From positions 1-64,000 of the forward strand of contig JAYPQH010000027.1 of NCBI GenBank assembly GCA_038131935.1: a DNA stretch of 64,000 bases, given 5' to 3'. A program made the position numbers and the translations under genes. The notes under the pieces were generated by a model. That model saw only the letters and a program-made list of their open reading frames with translations. It was not told where the DNA came from and did no database searches. Below are positions 40,194 to 51,132 of the stretch, in pieces. This DNA is from Alphaproteobacteria bacterium. GTDB taxonomy: Bacteria; Pseudomonadota; Alphaproteobacteria; UBA8317. The stretch's first letter is position 1; the number at the start of each line of letters is the position of its first letter.

Positions 40194-41015
40194 AGACTGA
40201 GCCCGGATAATCGGGGTCAAGATCGAATGGGTACGGGCCATCAAATTGTCCGATTGGCATGAAATGAGTGACCATTGGTTTGTCATCTCTCTTTAGATGA
40301 AGTAGGTAACCTGGTGGTTCCATAATGTAGGTTTCCGAGTTTCCTTGTTGTGATAAATCCAAGGTGACCTGGTGGGCTGGAGACGGGGCTACAACCCCTA
40401 TTGTTCCCGCAAACATTGTTTGAATCAGTCTGTGATGATGTCCACAAATAACCCTTTCCACCTGAGGATGTTTGGAAATTACTTCCTCGATGATATCTCC
40501 TCCAAAGCAACCAATGGCATCCATACCTTGTAGGCCTGTTTGAAACGGGGGTGATGCAGGCAAATCATCGCAGGCTTTTGCTGGTGTGCTTTAAGGGTCA
40601 TGTCCAGAAACTGAGCATGCTCTTGTGTCATTTGTCCGTGGCTTTTGCCTTCAACAACACTATCAAGTCCGATGATTGTTACAGGAAAAGTATCGATAAC
40701 AAAATTCATATAACCATGGCTTCCCAAGTAGTTGTGATCTGGGAAATGTGCTCTCATCCTTTCTCGTAAATCATGGTTCCCAGGAACCAGTAAGAATGGC
40801 ATTGAAAGTTTCGACAGCAAATCCCGCAAAATGGAATATTCGCTATCTCGACCACAATCTGTGAGGTCACCTGTGGCAATGACAAGGTCTGGTTTTGTCT
40901 CCAAATGCTCAATATGTTCCACACAAGTCGAAAGAAAAAGATTTGTGTCAACGCGACCATACGCTGGGCTACCGTGTGGTCGAACATGCAAGTCCGTAAT
41001 CTGAGCAATAATCAT
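40177..41015 (-). CDS. metallophosphodiesterase, GpdQ/CpdA(Icc)-like (frameshift near 40549)
   Basis: TDLH, TGDLTD, PGNHD, HHPP (restored), CGHHHR. Confidence 0.88.
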
Positions 41016-41084
41016 AAATCTCTCCATGAATTTTTGAAGAAGGACCTCTTCATAGAGGTCCTTCAAAAATATTTTGTTCAGTTA

Positions 41085-42372
41085 TCAGAATTTTAATGCT
41101 GTTTCTTTGGCATAAGGAAGGAGGATTTCATTGGCGTTCTTTTGAGCCCGAGCAGCAGCTTCATCAACGCTTAAAGCAGGATCTGACAAAAGTGCCTGCA
41201 TTTCGTCTTCTACAGCTTTACGCACAGCAACGGTGTTGTAGGTTGCAATCCATGGTCCAGCGTACTGCAGCTGAGCAACAGCTGTTAAAGCATCAGGGTT
41301 TTTCTGTGTGAATTCCTTCATCTCCGGTAAATCATAAGCGGTCATGCGTGGAGCAAAATATCCTGTAAAGCGTGACCAATGACCAATCTTCTCAGCGCTG
41401 GTAAGCCAAGAAATAAAATCCCAGGCAGCTGCTTTCTGTTCCTTTGTTGTGCCTTTGAAGGAAACCAATGAAGCACCACCAATGGGAACTGCATTGATAA
41501 CATTGCGGGGCATAAATGCAACGTCGTAATCAAATTTTGCATTGTCACGAACAAAGGGAAAGCGCACCGGTAGACAACACAATCATGGATGCTTTCCCAG
41601 AGAAAAAGGATGTTGATACCTGCTTGGAGTTGGTGACGCCTGTTGGCATTGCCTTATGGATATGTGCCATTTCAGACCAAAATTTTAATGCGGCCTTTGT
41701 AGAGGGATGATAGTAATAAATCTCACCAGGGTAAAGTGGGTTATAGAATTGTCCACCAGATGCCATGGATAAAGCTTGAACCAACCACCCATTGTAGTCA
41801 TAGTTGGATGGCATCATTAGGCCGTACCGTTCTTCATCTGTTTTTGTGAGCTTTTTTGCAGTTTCAATCCATTCTGACCAGGTGGCTGGCGCTTTTTCTA
41901 TACCTGCAGCTTTAAAATGTTCTTTGTTATAGTAAAGAATAGGGGTCGAGTTCTGAAATGGTACGGAGTAAAGTTTACCCTGATATAAGGCATTTGGGCG
42001 CACGGCTGGCCAGAATTCATTTAAGAACGCTTCGAGGTCAACATCTGCTGGTGCAATATCGGCAATTGGGACGATTAAGTCATTCATTGCCAGTTCAGTG
42101 GCAAAATTTGCTGACATCAGAACAACAGCAGGAGGCTTTCCTGCTTCAGCTGCTGCTTGGCTTTTTACCTTTGTGTTATCGTATGATCCTGTGAAAACCC
42201 CGACAACTTCTACCTTATCTTGTGAGCTGTTATACTCCTTTACAAGTTTTTGCATTTCCCGGGAAAGCTTGCCTTGCACAGGTGCAGGGAACATAAATTC
42301 AATTTTTTCTGCTGAAATTGCAGAGGTAGCGAGCATGACGCTCACAATACCTGCGATTAGACCTTTTTTCAT
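41085..42372 (-). CDS. ABC substrate-binding protein, UgpB-like (frameshift near 41557)
   Basis: Signal peptide; PFQNSTPILYYNK and PIGGASL; the two ORFs join by removing one C. Confidence 0.85.
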
Positions 42373-42383
42373 ATGGGTCACTC

Positions 42384-43217
42384 CTATTTTAATCCTGATG
42401 TCATAAAGCTATTAACAAATTGCCGCTGGAAAATTACGAAGGCGGTGGCCAGCGGCGCGACCACCAAGAGCGTTCCGGCGGCGATTAAGCCCCAATCGGA
42501 AGCCCTCTCCGCGCCTAGCGCGAAGCTCACAAGGCCTACGGTCAGAACCATTTTATTTGGATCAGATACGACCATGAGAGGCCAAAGATATTCATTCCAA
42601 TGAAAAACAACCGAAATAATGGAAAACGCAATAAGTCCTGGTCGCGCGAGTGGCACAAGGACGTGGCGAATAGTTTGCCACCAACTTGCACCATCGATCA
42701 CAGCAGCTTCTTCAAAGTCGCGTGGGATAGACCGGAACGTTTGTCGCATGAGGAATGTGCCAAATGCTGAGCCCCAATAAGGAGCCATAACACCCACCAA
42801 GCTGTCATAAAGTCCCAACTGTACAAGAGTCGTGAGATTTGGAACGATAAGAACTGGTGGGGCAATCATAAGTTGGAGAAGAAAAATCATAAATAGAATA
42901 TCACGTCCTGGAAATGTGATCCGAGCGAATACATAACCAGCACAGGTGATTGTTATCAGTTGAATAATTAAGGTCCCTAGAACGAGAATTAAGCTGTTGA
43001 TGTACCAAACAATCCAGTCTCCATCGATAACAGCATACCGAAACTGGTCTAGTGTGGGGACGGTATCTGGCCATAATGAAGCCATATCAAGAGAGCCGAA
43101 AGATTCTGGCCTGAAACTTGCCACCAACATCCAAAGAAATGGGCCTGACCATAGAAAAATGATGGCCGCCAATAATGCTGCACTTATCGCCATGAGAAGT
43201 GGGGCGCTAACTCTCAT
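42384..43217 (-). CDS. CUT1 ABC permease (UgpE-like)
   Basis: FEEAAVIDGA EAA loop; WNEYLWP. Confidence 0.9.
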   Translation of the reverse strand: MRVSAPLLMAISAALLAAIIFLWSGPFLWMLVASFRPESFGSLDMASLWPDTVPTLDQFRYAVIDGDWIVWYINSLILVLGTLIIQLITITCAGYVFARITFPGRDILFMIFLLQLMIAPPVLIVPNLTTLVQLGLYDSLVGVMAPYWGSAFGTFLMRQTFRSIPRDFEEAAVIDGASWWQTIRHVLVPLARPGLIAFSIISVVFHWNEYLWPLMVVSDPNKMVLTVGLVSFALGAERASDWGLIAAGTLLVVAPLATAFVIFQRQFVNSFMTSGLK

Positions 43218-44082
43218 AGTGCACCCGCTTTTCCATGACGCGAAGTCCTGTCGATGAAATCAGCAGCAGTAACGCTAATGTAACGACTGTTGCAGCGCTG
43301 GCTTTACCGACATCAAAGAACTCATGAGCCTGCTGAAAAATATAGAATAGCAATAGATTGGTAGAATTATTCGGACCTCCTTGGGTCATGACGATGACAT
43401 GGTCAATTTGGATGACAGAGGTGATTAATGAAATGATGGCCACAAAACTAAAGGTTGGACCCAACATCGGTATGACAACATAGCGCTGGCGTTGCCACCA
43501 ATTGGCACCCTCCAGTCGGGCAGCTTCTTCTGCATCAGATGGAAGGGACTGCAGTCCAGCAAGAAAAAACAGCATGTAATACCCTGCGTTTTTCCAAACT
43601 GTGAGGATCATTAATGACCACAATGCGATATCAGGATTGCCGAGCCAATTCACTGATCGAGCGCCAAGTTTGGCCAGATAATAATCCAGCAATCCTATCC
43701 CAGGTAAAAAAATAAAAATGAACAGAGCAGATGCGCCGACCAAAGGCATGAGGGTCGGGAAAAAAAGAATCGCACGATACATGGTATTCAACCAAGTCGC
43801 TTCACGAACCCATAGCGCGAAGAGATAGCCAAAGATGATGGATGGAATAACGGTCCCTGCTGCAAAAAGGCAGCTGTTGGACAGGGCGCCAATAAATTCA
43901 GGCTCAAAAAACAGTTTTTCATAATTTTCTAAGCCAACGAAAACACCTTCCCCACCAATAGCTCTACGGGAAAATAGTGATGACCATAAAACCTGCAGCA
44001 TAGGCCAATAGGTGAAAGTGCATAGGAATAAAAAAGCAGGTAAAATCAAAAGAAAAGCAAATGTTATACGTGACAAGATCAT
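43207..44082 (-). CDS. CUT1 ABC permease (UgpA-like)
   Basis: FVGLENY, WKNAGY, EEAARLEGA, TQGGP. Confidence 0.9.
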   Translation of the reverse strand: MILSRITFAFLLILPAFLFLCTFTYWPMLQVLWSSLFSRRAIGGEGVFVGLENYEKLFFEPEFIGALSNSCLFAAGTVIPSIIFGYLFALWVREATWLNTMYRAILFFPTLMPLVGASALFIFIFLPGIGLLDYYLAKLGARSVNWLGNPDIALWSLMILTVWKNAGYYMLFFLAGLQSLPSDAEEAARLEGANWWQRQRYVVIPMLGPTFSFVAIISLITSVIQIDHVIVMTQGGPNNSTNLLLFYIFQQAHEFFDVGKASAATVVTLALLLLISSTGLRVMEKRVHYES

Positions 44083-44118
44083 CTCCAACGCTTATTGGAA
44101 AGTTCATATCAGGCGAAT

Positions 44119-44136
44119 TTAACAACTCTGTGACAA
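44119..44136 (-). promoter_or_regulatory. putative Pho box
   Basis: Minus strand TTGTCAC-AGAG-TTGTTAA, a 7-4-7 direct repeat like CTGTCAT-N4-CTGTCAT, ~37 bp upstream of the ugpA-like start. Confidence 0.6.
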
Positions 44137-44227
44137 AACGTTTTTTGTGTCTTTCAGCCCGAAGGTGACATTCCTAGATAACTGGTTTACACGGGCGATA
44201 AAGACATCTTCAGCGAGTGGAGCGCGA

Positions 44228-45907
44228 ATGGCCGAACAATTTATCTACTACATGCATGGCACTTCAAAAAGTTATGCAGGTGGCAAAAAAGTTCTCGATA
44301 ATATCAATCTTTCCTTCTATCCCGATGCAAAAATTGGTGTTGTTGGGGTGAATGGCTCGGGTAAATCAACCCTGCTGCGTATTTTGGCAGGACTTGATAC
44401 TGACTTTACGGGAGAAGCATGGGCCGCAGAAGGTGCCAAGATAGGGTATTTGCCACAAGAGCCACAATTGGATGAAAGCCTAACCGTGCGCGACAACGTA
44501 ATGCTGGGTGTAGCTGAGAAAAAGGCAATCATGGATGCTTACAACGAATTAAGTATGAAGCTGGCAGAGCCGATGGATGATGATGAGATGATGGAGGTCA
44601 TCAACCAACAGGCAGAATTACAAGATCGTATTGATAGTGAAAACCTTTGGGACCTTGATGCACAAATCGAGATGGCTATGGAGGCTCTTCGTTGCCCTCC
44701 CGGTGATGCTGAGGTTGCACCATTGTCAGGTGGTGAAAAACGCCGCGTTGCCCTATGTAAGCTTCTTCTAGAGCGTCCAAATCTCTTATTGTTGGACGAG
44801 CCTACCAACCATCTCGATGCAGAGACAGTAGCGTGGCTTGAAAATTATCTGAAAAATTATGAGGGTGCTGTTATTCTCGTTACCCATGATCGTTATTTTT
44901 TAGATAATGTAACAGGTTGGATACTTGAGCTCGACCGTGGGCGGGGGATTCCTTATCAAGGTAACTACTCAAGTTGGCTTGAGCAGAAACAGCAGCGCTT
45001 AGAGGCGGAAGGTAAGTCAGAAGAAGCGCGGCAGCGAACTTTGTCTCGAGAGATGGAGTATGTGAAATCATCTCCATCAGCGCGTCGAGCCAAATCAAAA
45101 GCTAGGATCAAAGCATATGAGGATTTGCTGAACAGAGCCGAAGAGGAGAAATCTGGTCGCGCTCAAATCATCATTCCGCATGGCGATAGATTGGGGCAGA
45201 AGGTCATTGAGGTGCAGGGCTTAACAAAAGCTTATGGAGATCGGTTGCTGTTCGAAAATCTTGAATTTCGGCTCCCAGCTGGGGGCATTGTTGGTGTTAT
45301 CGGTCCAAACGGAGCAGGAAAAACAACTCTTTTTCGTATGCTCACAGGTCAAGAAACACCCGACGCCGGTTCCATTGAGCTAGGTGATACCGTGCATATG
45401 GGTTATGTGGACCAAACAAGGGATGCACTAAACGGTGCGGCAACGGTGTTTGAAGAAATCACAGGCAACGTAGATGTCCTAAAGTTAGGCAAAACAGAAA
45501 TGCATAGCCGTGCATATGTGGGTGCATTTAATTTCAGGGGAGGGGATCAACAGAAGAAAGTTGGGCAGCTCTCTGGTGGTGAGCGCAACCGTGTACATAT
45601 GGCAAAGCTTTTGCGCGGTGGCTACAATGTTCTGCTGCTTGACGAACCTACCAACGACTTGGATGTTGAAACATTGCAAGCCTTAGAAGCAGCCCTTGAA
45701 GACTTTGCAGGTTGTGCGGTGATTATTTCCCACGACAGATGGTTTTTGGATCGCATCGCAACTCATATCTTGGCCTTTGAAGGGGACTCTCATGTTGAAT
45801 GGTTTGAGGGCAACTTTGAAGATTATGAGCAGGATAAGAAGCGGCGTTTAGGGCCAGATGCTGTTGAACCCAAAAGAGTTCAGTATAGAAGGCTCACCAG
45901 AGATTAA
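44228..45907 (+). CDS. ettA: energy-dependent translational throttle protein EttA (ABC-F)
   Basis: Two ABC domains; [16 protein letters not shown] linker, [17 protein letters not shown]. Confidence 0.95.
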   Translation: MAEQFIYYMHGTSKSYAGGKKVLDNINLSFYPDAKIGVVGVNGSGKSTLLRILAGLDTDFTGEAWAAEGAKIGYLPQEPQLDESLTVRDNVMLGVAEKKAIMDAYNELSMKLAEPMDDDEMMEVINQQAELQDRIDSENLWDLDAQIEMAMEALRCPPGDAEVAPLSGGEKRRVALCKLLLERPNLLLLDEPTNHLDAETVAWLENYLKNYEGAVILVTHDRYFLDNVTGWILELDRGRGIPYQGNYSSWLEQKQQRLEAEGKSEEARQRTLSREMEYVKSSPSARRAKSKARIKAYEDLLNRAEEEKSGRAQIIIPHGDRLGQKVIEVQGLTKAYGDRLLFENLEFRLPAGGIVGVIGPNGAGKTTLFRMLTGQETPDAGSIELGDTVHMGYVDQTRDALNGAATVFEEITGNVDVLKLGKTEMHSRAYVGAFNFRGGDQQKKVGQLSGGERNRVHMAKLLRGGYNVLLLDEPTNDLDVETLQALEAALEDFAGCAVIISHDRWFLDRIATHILAFEGDSHVEWFEGNFEDYEQDKKRRLGPDAVEPKRVQYRRLTRD

Positions 45908-46039
45908 TAAGTTAAACCTCAACAAAGGGGTAATGATGGGTGCCAGGCATCAGCGCCCTGGCATCGATAACGAGGCTGGGGTTTGGTCTAAACTTCCTTC
46001 TTTGGGGTCATGATGAGGTTGCGTTCATTGGGATAAAAA

Positions 46040-46639
46040 TTATGGAAATTTTGCTATACGGTCTTCCAATTCCACAATAGCAGCTTCTAAATTTCCTCCA
46101 GCATCCTCAATGATTTCATTGAATTCTGTGCGCCAGGTGATCAGCATAGAAATCCCCTCAACTTGAAGGTCAACAACCTTGAGGCCTGATGAGCTATCTT
46201 TCACCTGCCAGTTCACCCGCAGTGGACGCTGCGCGTCGACCACTTTGGTCACCACAACCCAGCCTTTTCGACCAACTTCAGTTGCGGACACGACTTCCAA
46301 TGTTTGGCCAGAGTAGATTTTCATGGCATCTGCATAAAACAACGTCAGATAACGAGAAAATACCGAAATATATCGATTTTGCACATTTTCGCTCGCGGCC
46401 CTGAAGTATTTGCCAGCAATAAAGCGTGCAATGGCGGGTGGATTGGAGTCTTCCTTGAAAAGGATTTCAAATTGGTCTGCCTTTTGTTGAAGGGTTTCAC
46501 CCGTTGTGATGACCTTTATGATATCAGATGATATTTTTTCTACGAATTTCCGTACTTCGTATTCTTCTACGGCAAATACTTTGTGTGGCATGGTCATCAT
46601 CAGGATGATCAATAATTGAACCATAAGTTTTTTCATCAT
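46040..46639 (-). CDS. mlaC: phospholipid-binding protein MlaC/Ttg2D
   Basis: KVVDLQVEGISMLITWRTEF motif; signal peptide; adjacent to mlaA. Confidence 0.85.
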   Translation of the reverse strand: MMKKLMVQLLIILMMTMPHKVFAVEEYEVRKFVEKISSDIIKVITTGETLQQKADQFEILFKEDSNPPAIARFIAGKYFRAASENVQNRYISVFSRYLTLFYADAMKIYSGQTLEVVSATEVGRKGWVVVTKVVDAQRPLRVNWQVKDSSSGLKVVDLQVEGISMLITWRTEFNEIIEDAGGNLEAAIVELEDRIAKFP

Positions 46640-47403
46640 TCCAATTCCACATTAGGTAGAGCTTCAACGTCAATTTTTTGCGGCCCCATAAGAAACGCGC
46701 GTCGTCTCTGTAGCATAATTGTCTTACTCAATGCGTAAGGGTCATTAGATAACCTGATTTGTCGGATCATTGGTGCATATTGTGTGCGTGCCCCTGCTAA
46801 CGATTGCATTTGCGCCGATACCACAAAAGTTTGAGCGTAGTCGATTTCATGCCACGGTGCCAAGGTTTGTTCAGCTACTGAACCCATGGCATTTCCGAGT
46901 GCATCGCGCATGGGCATAATGTTCCTAAAAGGCAGGGCAATGGGAGGTCCATCCCCCAGGCCATAGACAAATAGGGTTTTGCCGAAATCATTGTGATGGT
47001 GTGGTAGGCGTAAATTGGTGGCAGGGTCACTGATGCCTAAGATGCCAATGGTTGAATTCACAGCAAAACGTGCCACGCTTACAGACGCTGCCTCTAAATC
47101 ACCTTGCAATGCATCATTCGCCGCGACCAGTGGTGTTTCGAGATTTTGGGTGATATTACGCGCAGCTTGGCGGAATATTGGTGATGTTATATCGCGGTAA
47201 AACATGCTCAAAGGGCGTAAAAACGCATCGTCGAGCAAGAAATTAATTTCCATGACAGTTCTGTTGAATGGTTCCAATGGATCGTTTTGGCCAGAATTGG
47301 GTAATCGATCGGCACCATGGGCTTTGGAAAAAAGACATAGGGCCATCAGCAGCAACAAGCTGAGATGTGCTACAGAAGATCTTTCCCGCAACAGATTGTT
47401 CAT
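46636..47403 (-). CDS. mlaA: VacJ/MlaA family lipoprotein
   Basis: DPLEPFNR, RFAVNSTIGILG, DFGKTL, DPY. Confidence 0.88.
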   Translation of the reverse strand: MNNLLRERSSVAHLSLLLLMALCLFSKAHGADRLPNSGQNDPLEPFNRTVMEINFLLDDAFLRPLSMFYRDITSPIFRQAARNITQNLETPLVAANDALQGDLEAASVSVARFAVNSTIGILGISDPATNLRLPHHHNDFGKTLFVYGLGDGPPIALPFRNIMPMRDALGNAMGSVAEQTLAPWHEIDYAQTFVVSAQMQSLAGARTQYAPMIRQIRLSNDPYALSKTIMLQRRRAFLMGPQKIDVEALPNVELE

Positions 47404-47462
47404 GGCGTCCTCACAGGTTACAATGATACCACTACTTGGAAAGGAGGCGTCTGCCAACAGTA

Positions 47463-48107
47463 ATGCGCAAGCGATGGCCTAAATTGTTACAATCATGGAC
47501 GAGATGGTGGCGCATTCGATCTCGAAGGCAAGCCTTTACCATAGCTTTGGTCGGTTTGGCTGGTAAGCTTGCTGCAGCTGATGGGCATATTGACCCTGAA
47601 GAACGTGAAAGCTTTCGCCGAATGTTGAAAGCCAAACCATTCGAATGGAAGCGCATATCCCAGCAATTTGACCTGGTGGCTGGGTCCCAAGCGGGAGCTG
47701 AGATCTATGCTGAAATGTTGTCACGTTTGACGCAAAAACAACCAGAAAGAAGACGAGATATTCTCTTAGGCTTGGTTGATATAGCATATGCTGATGGTGA
47801 ATTTTCTGACCAAGAGCGTGAGTTTATAGCGCGTGCTGCTTTTGGTCTTGGGTTAAATGCGTCAGATGTTGCGCTTGCACTAGGGCAGAATGATGATGGT
47901 GTGGTGGGCCCATGGGGTGTTTTGGGGTTGAATGGTCCGGTGAGTTGTCGTGAGTTGAAACAAAAATATCATGACTTAGCTCGAGAATTTCATCCTGATG
48001 CTGCGTTAGCCAGGGGCGCTCCAGAGGAGCTTGTCGAGGGGTTTTCACGGCGTTTTCAGCGCATTCATGAAGCCTATAAACTGGTTTATCCGCAATGTTG
48101 CCCATGA
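47463..48107 (+). CDS. djlA: DjlA-like co-chaperone (TerB + J domain)
   Basis: AFTIALVGLAGKLAAADG, IAYADG, FHPD J-domain motif. Confidence 0.8.
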   Translation: MRKRWPKLLQSWTRWWRIRSRRQAFTIALVGLAGKLAAADGHIDPEERESFRRMLKAKPFEWKRISQQFDLVAGSQAGAEIYAEMLSRLTQKQPERRRDILLGLVDIAYADGEFSDQEREFIARAAFGLGLNASDVALALGQNDDGVVGPWGVLGLNGPVSCRELKQKYHDLAREFHPDAALARGAPEELVEGFSRRFQRIHEAYKLVYPQCCP

Positions 48108-48772
48108 AAAGCCCAAATTTTGGTCCGCGACGGGGTGTTGAAGGCCCCTCTTATATCATGATTCACTACACAGATATGTCGTTAGCCGAACGGGCTCAGG
48201 CATGGATGTGTCATCCACAATCACAAGTGAGTGCGCATTATTTGATCACGCGTTGGGGTGAGGTTGCGCACTTGGTTGCGGAAGGGGATCGCGCTTGGCA
48301 TGCAGGTGTGGGATGTTGGGCTCATATTATGGATATGAATTCACATTCCATCGGAATTGAGCTTGATTATCCTGGAGCCGCGCAGCCGTCACTGCGATAT
48401 CCTGAGGTGCAAATTGCGTCACTCATCAGACTCATTAAAGATATTCAAAGACGGTGGAATATTCCTCCATCCAATTTGATTGGGCACAGTGATTTTGCTC
48501 CAGAACGAAAAAGTGACCCGGGGCCATTGTTCCCATGGAAATATTTGGGAGAAAATGGGGTTGGATTACGCATACCCCTCGCGTTGGCAGATACCCCCTT
48601 CGATATCAAAGAGGGGCTAACTAAGTTGGGTTATGCTCTGCACTGTTTTTCATTAGAGAGCTGCATGAGTGCTTATGCACAACGTTTTATGGGTAGCCTA
48701 CAGGTAGAGCCTGTCATGTTGGCGCGGCATTTGAGGGCGACCCTTGAGTCTAATGGTGAAAATCTGAGATAA
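48104..48772 (+). CDS. N-acetylmuramoyl-L-alanine amidase (amidase_2, AmiD/AmpD-like)
   Basis: SPNF, IHYT, VSAHY, RAWHAG, SIGIEL, GHSD...RKSDPG. Confidence 0.92.
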   Translation: MKSPNFGPRRGVEGPSYIMIHYTDMSLAERAQAWMCHPQSQVSAHYLITRWGEVAHLVAEGDRAWHAGVGCWAHIMDMNSHSIGIELDYPGAAQPSLRYPEVQIASLIRLIKDIQRRWNIPPSNLIGHSDFAPERKSDPGPLFPWKYLGENGVGLRIPLALADTPFDIKEGLTKLGYALHCFSLESCMSAYAQRFMGSLQVEPVMLARHLRATLESNGENLR

Positions 48773-48779
48773 GAAGTTG

Positions 48780-49146
<367 letters not shown>

Positions 49147-49230
49147 AAAATCAACTTTTCAAAGAAGATATCATGACCAGCCTAAGAACAATTGTATTGG
49201 AGGTGCGTATTCCAATCGTTTTTGCTGCTA

Positions 49231-49310
49231 TTTTCCCATGAATCATCACAAATTGGCATTATAATCCATAAAAACCCATTGAAAACCATAAAAATCCATT
49301 TTATACCATT
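49231..49310. promoter_or_regulatory. 10-bp-phased CCAT direct repeats upstream of mraZ, probable MraZ operator
   Basis: CCAT at 49236, 49266, 49276, 49286, 49296 and 49306, plus two degenerate copies in phase. Confidence 0.6.
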
Positions 49311-49340
49311 AATATTATTAAAGTGGGGGTTGGTGTTTCT

Positions 49341-49817
49341 GTGGTTCTGTTCCTTTCGACTGTTACCAATAAGGTGGATAAGAAAGGGCGCGTGTCAGTG
49401 CCGGCTGGATTTCGCGCAAAATTAACAGAAGCAGGGTACCAATCTGTGGTCTGTTATGAGTCGCTTGGTGATCGATCTTGTTTAGACGGATGTTCTTTGG
49501 ACCGCATGGTGAAACTTGCTGAGGCATTTGACGCGATGGATCCTTTTGATGAGGAGCGTAATGCTTTTGCAGCCCACATCCTTGGTGGATCCAAGGAATT
49601 GCCCATAGATGGTGATGGGCGAATTGTGTTGCCACAGGAGTTCATGGCCTTTGCTAGGATCACGACAGAGGCTTGTTTTGTGGGCTTGGGGCCGACATTT
49701 CAAGTCTGGAACCCAGACGATTTTGCTCGATATAGGGCTGATGCACGCAATTTGGCACGGTCCGCGCGTGGGCATATTCCTTGGCAAGGAAAAGTTGCTG
49801 CAAAAGGGGAAATGTAA
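49341..49817 (+). CDS. mraZ: division/cell wall cluster repressor MraZ
   Basis: DKKGRVSVPAGFR and DGDGRIVLP DxxGR motifs; first gene of the dcw cluster. Confidence 0.95.
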   Translation: MVLFLSTVTNKVDKKGRVSVPAGFRAKLTEAGYQSVVCYESLGDRSCLDGCSLDRMVKLAEAFDAMDPFDEERNAFAAHILGGSKELPIDGDGRIVLPQEFMAFARITTEACFVGLGPTFQVWNPDDFARYRADARNLARSARGHIPWQGKVAAKGEM

Positions 49818-50779
49818 TGCATATCCCTGTGCTTCTCCATGCGTTACTCGATGGGCTAGGCCCTTTGCAGGGAAAAGAAATATTTGATGGCACTTTTGGT
49901 GCAGGTGGGTATAGTCGCGCCTTTCTAGAAGCTGGTGCTGCTAAGGTCATGGCTTGTGATCAAGATGGGCATGTTAAGTCCATTGCCGCATGTCTGGCTG
50001 ATGAATTTTCTGGGCGTTTGGAATTTTATCAAAGAAATTTTGCGGATGTTCAAGAATTTATCAGTGGTGAGCTTGATGTCATGGTCGTTGATCTTGGTGT
50101 GTCTTCGATGCAGCTTGATCAAGCTGGGCGTGGTTTTTCATTTCAAAAAGATGGCCCTTTGGACATGCGCATGGGGCAGAAAGGTTCAAGTGCTGCAGAT
50201 CTTGTCAATCATCTTCCTGCTGAAGAGTTGGCTGATATTCTCTATCGTTTCGGAGAAGAGCGTGCGAGTCGTCGTATCGCAGCGGCAATTGTGAAAAGAC
50301 GTGAACAGATTCCTTTGGAGCGAACGCTGGAATTGGCTGAGCTTGTCGCAACTGTGGTGCGAGGGCGACCTGGTCATCATCCTGCTACGCGCACTTTTCA
50401 GGCTTTGCGCATTGCTGTGAATGGTGAATTTGATGCGCTTCAAAATTTTCTGATCGCATCGCAAGCGAAGCTTAGACCTGGTGGTATTCTGGCTGTTGTT
50501 AGTTTTCATTCTTTGGAAGATCGCTTGGTCAAAACATTTTTGACAGCTTCAGCCAGCCGTCAGGCGGGGACTTCTCGTTATCAGCCAGATGTCCAGCGGG
50601 CTGAACCCGCTTTTGAACTTATGTCAAAAGCGATCAAGCCCAAAGCTGATGAGTTGCAAGCCAACCCAAGGGCACGCTCAGCAATCTTACGGCTTGCAAA
50701 GCGGACAAAATCTCCCTGTTTGGTCCAGCCTACGCCGTTACATGAGGCGTTGAAAGGGCACTGGAGGGTTGCAGCATGA
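49817..50779 (+). CDS. rsmH: 16S rRNA m4C1402 methyltransferase
   Basis: HIPVLL, DGTFGAGGYS, DLGVSSMQLD, SFHSLEDRLVK, NPRARSA. Confidence 0.96.
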   Translation: MHIPVLLHALLDGLGPLQGKEIFDGTFGAGGYSRAFLEAGAAKVMACDQDGHVKSIAACLADEFSGRLEFYQRNFADVQEFISGELDVMVVDLGVSSMQLDQAGRGFSFQKDGPLDMRMGQKGSSAADLVNHLPAEELADILYRFGEERASRRIAAAIVKRREQIPLERTLELAELVATVVRGRPGHHPATRTFQALRIAVNGEFDALQNFLIASQAKLRPGGILAVVSFHSLEDRLVKTFLTASASRQAGTSRYQPDVQRAEPAFELMSKAIKPKADELQANPRARSAILRLAKRTKSPCLVQPTPLHEALKGHWRVAA

Positions 50780-51132
50780 ATTTTCTCAACCTGTTCCTTG
50801 CGGTTTTGGCATCCATGGCAGCGTTACTAACCTATCAAATCAAAAATAAGGTGAGTGGACTCAATAGAGACATTGCTCGGATAGAGCGTTTGCTGGTTGT
50901 TGAACAGGAGCGTATAGAAGTTCAAAAAGCTGAATGGGCTTACCTCACGGCACCAGCAAGATTGGAAAAACTTGCTCGTGAGCATTTGGATCTCGATACC
51001 CCTGCAACTGCGCAATTGGCTCGGGTCAGTATGGTTCCGATGCGTCCTAAAAGATCGTCAAAAGGTACGCTTTTGCGTTTTCGTGACAGAGTTCCCTTTC
51101 CTGTTTCTCGTGCGCGATGGTACCGCCCATGA
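50776..51132 (+). CDS. ftsL: cell division protein FtsL
   Basis: One TM segment plus coiled coil, KAEWAYLTAPARLEKLA; position between rsmH and ftsI. Confidence 0.85.
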   Translation: MNFLNLFLAVLASMAALLTYQIKNKVSGLNRDIARIERLLVVEQERIEVQKAEWAYLTAPARLEKLAREHLDLDTPATAQLARVSMVPMRPKRSSKGTLLRFRDRVPFPVSRARWYRP

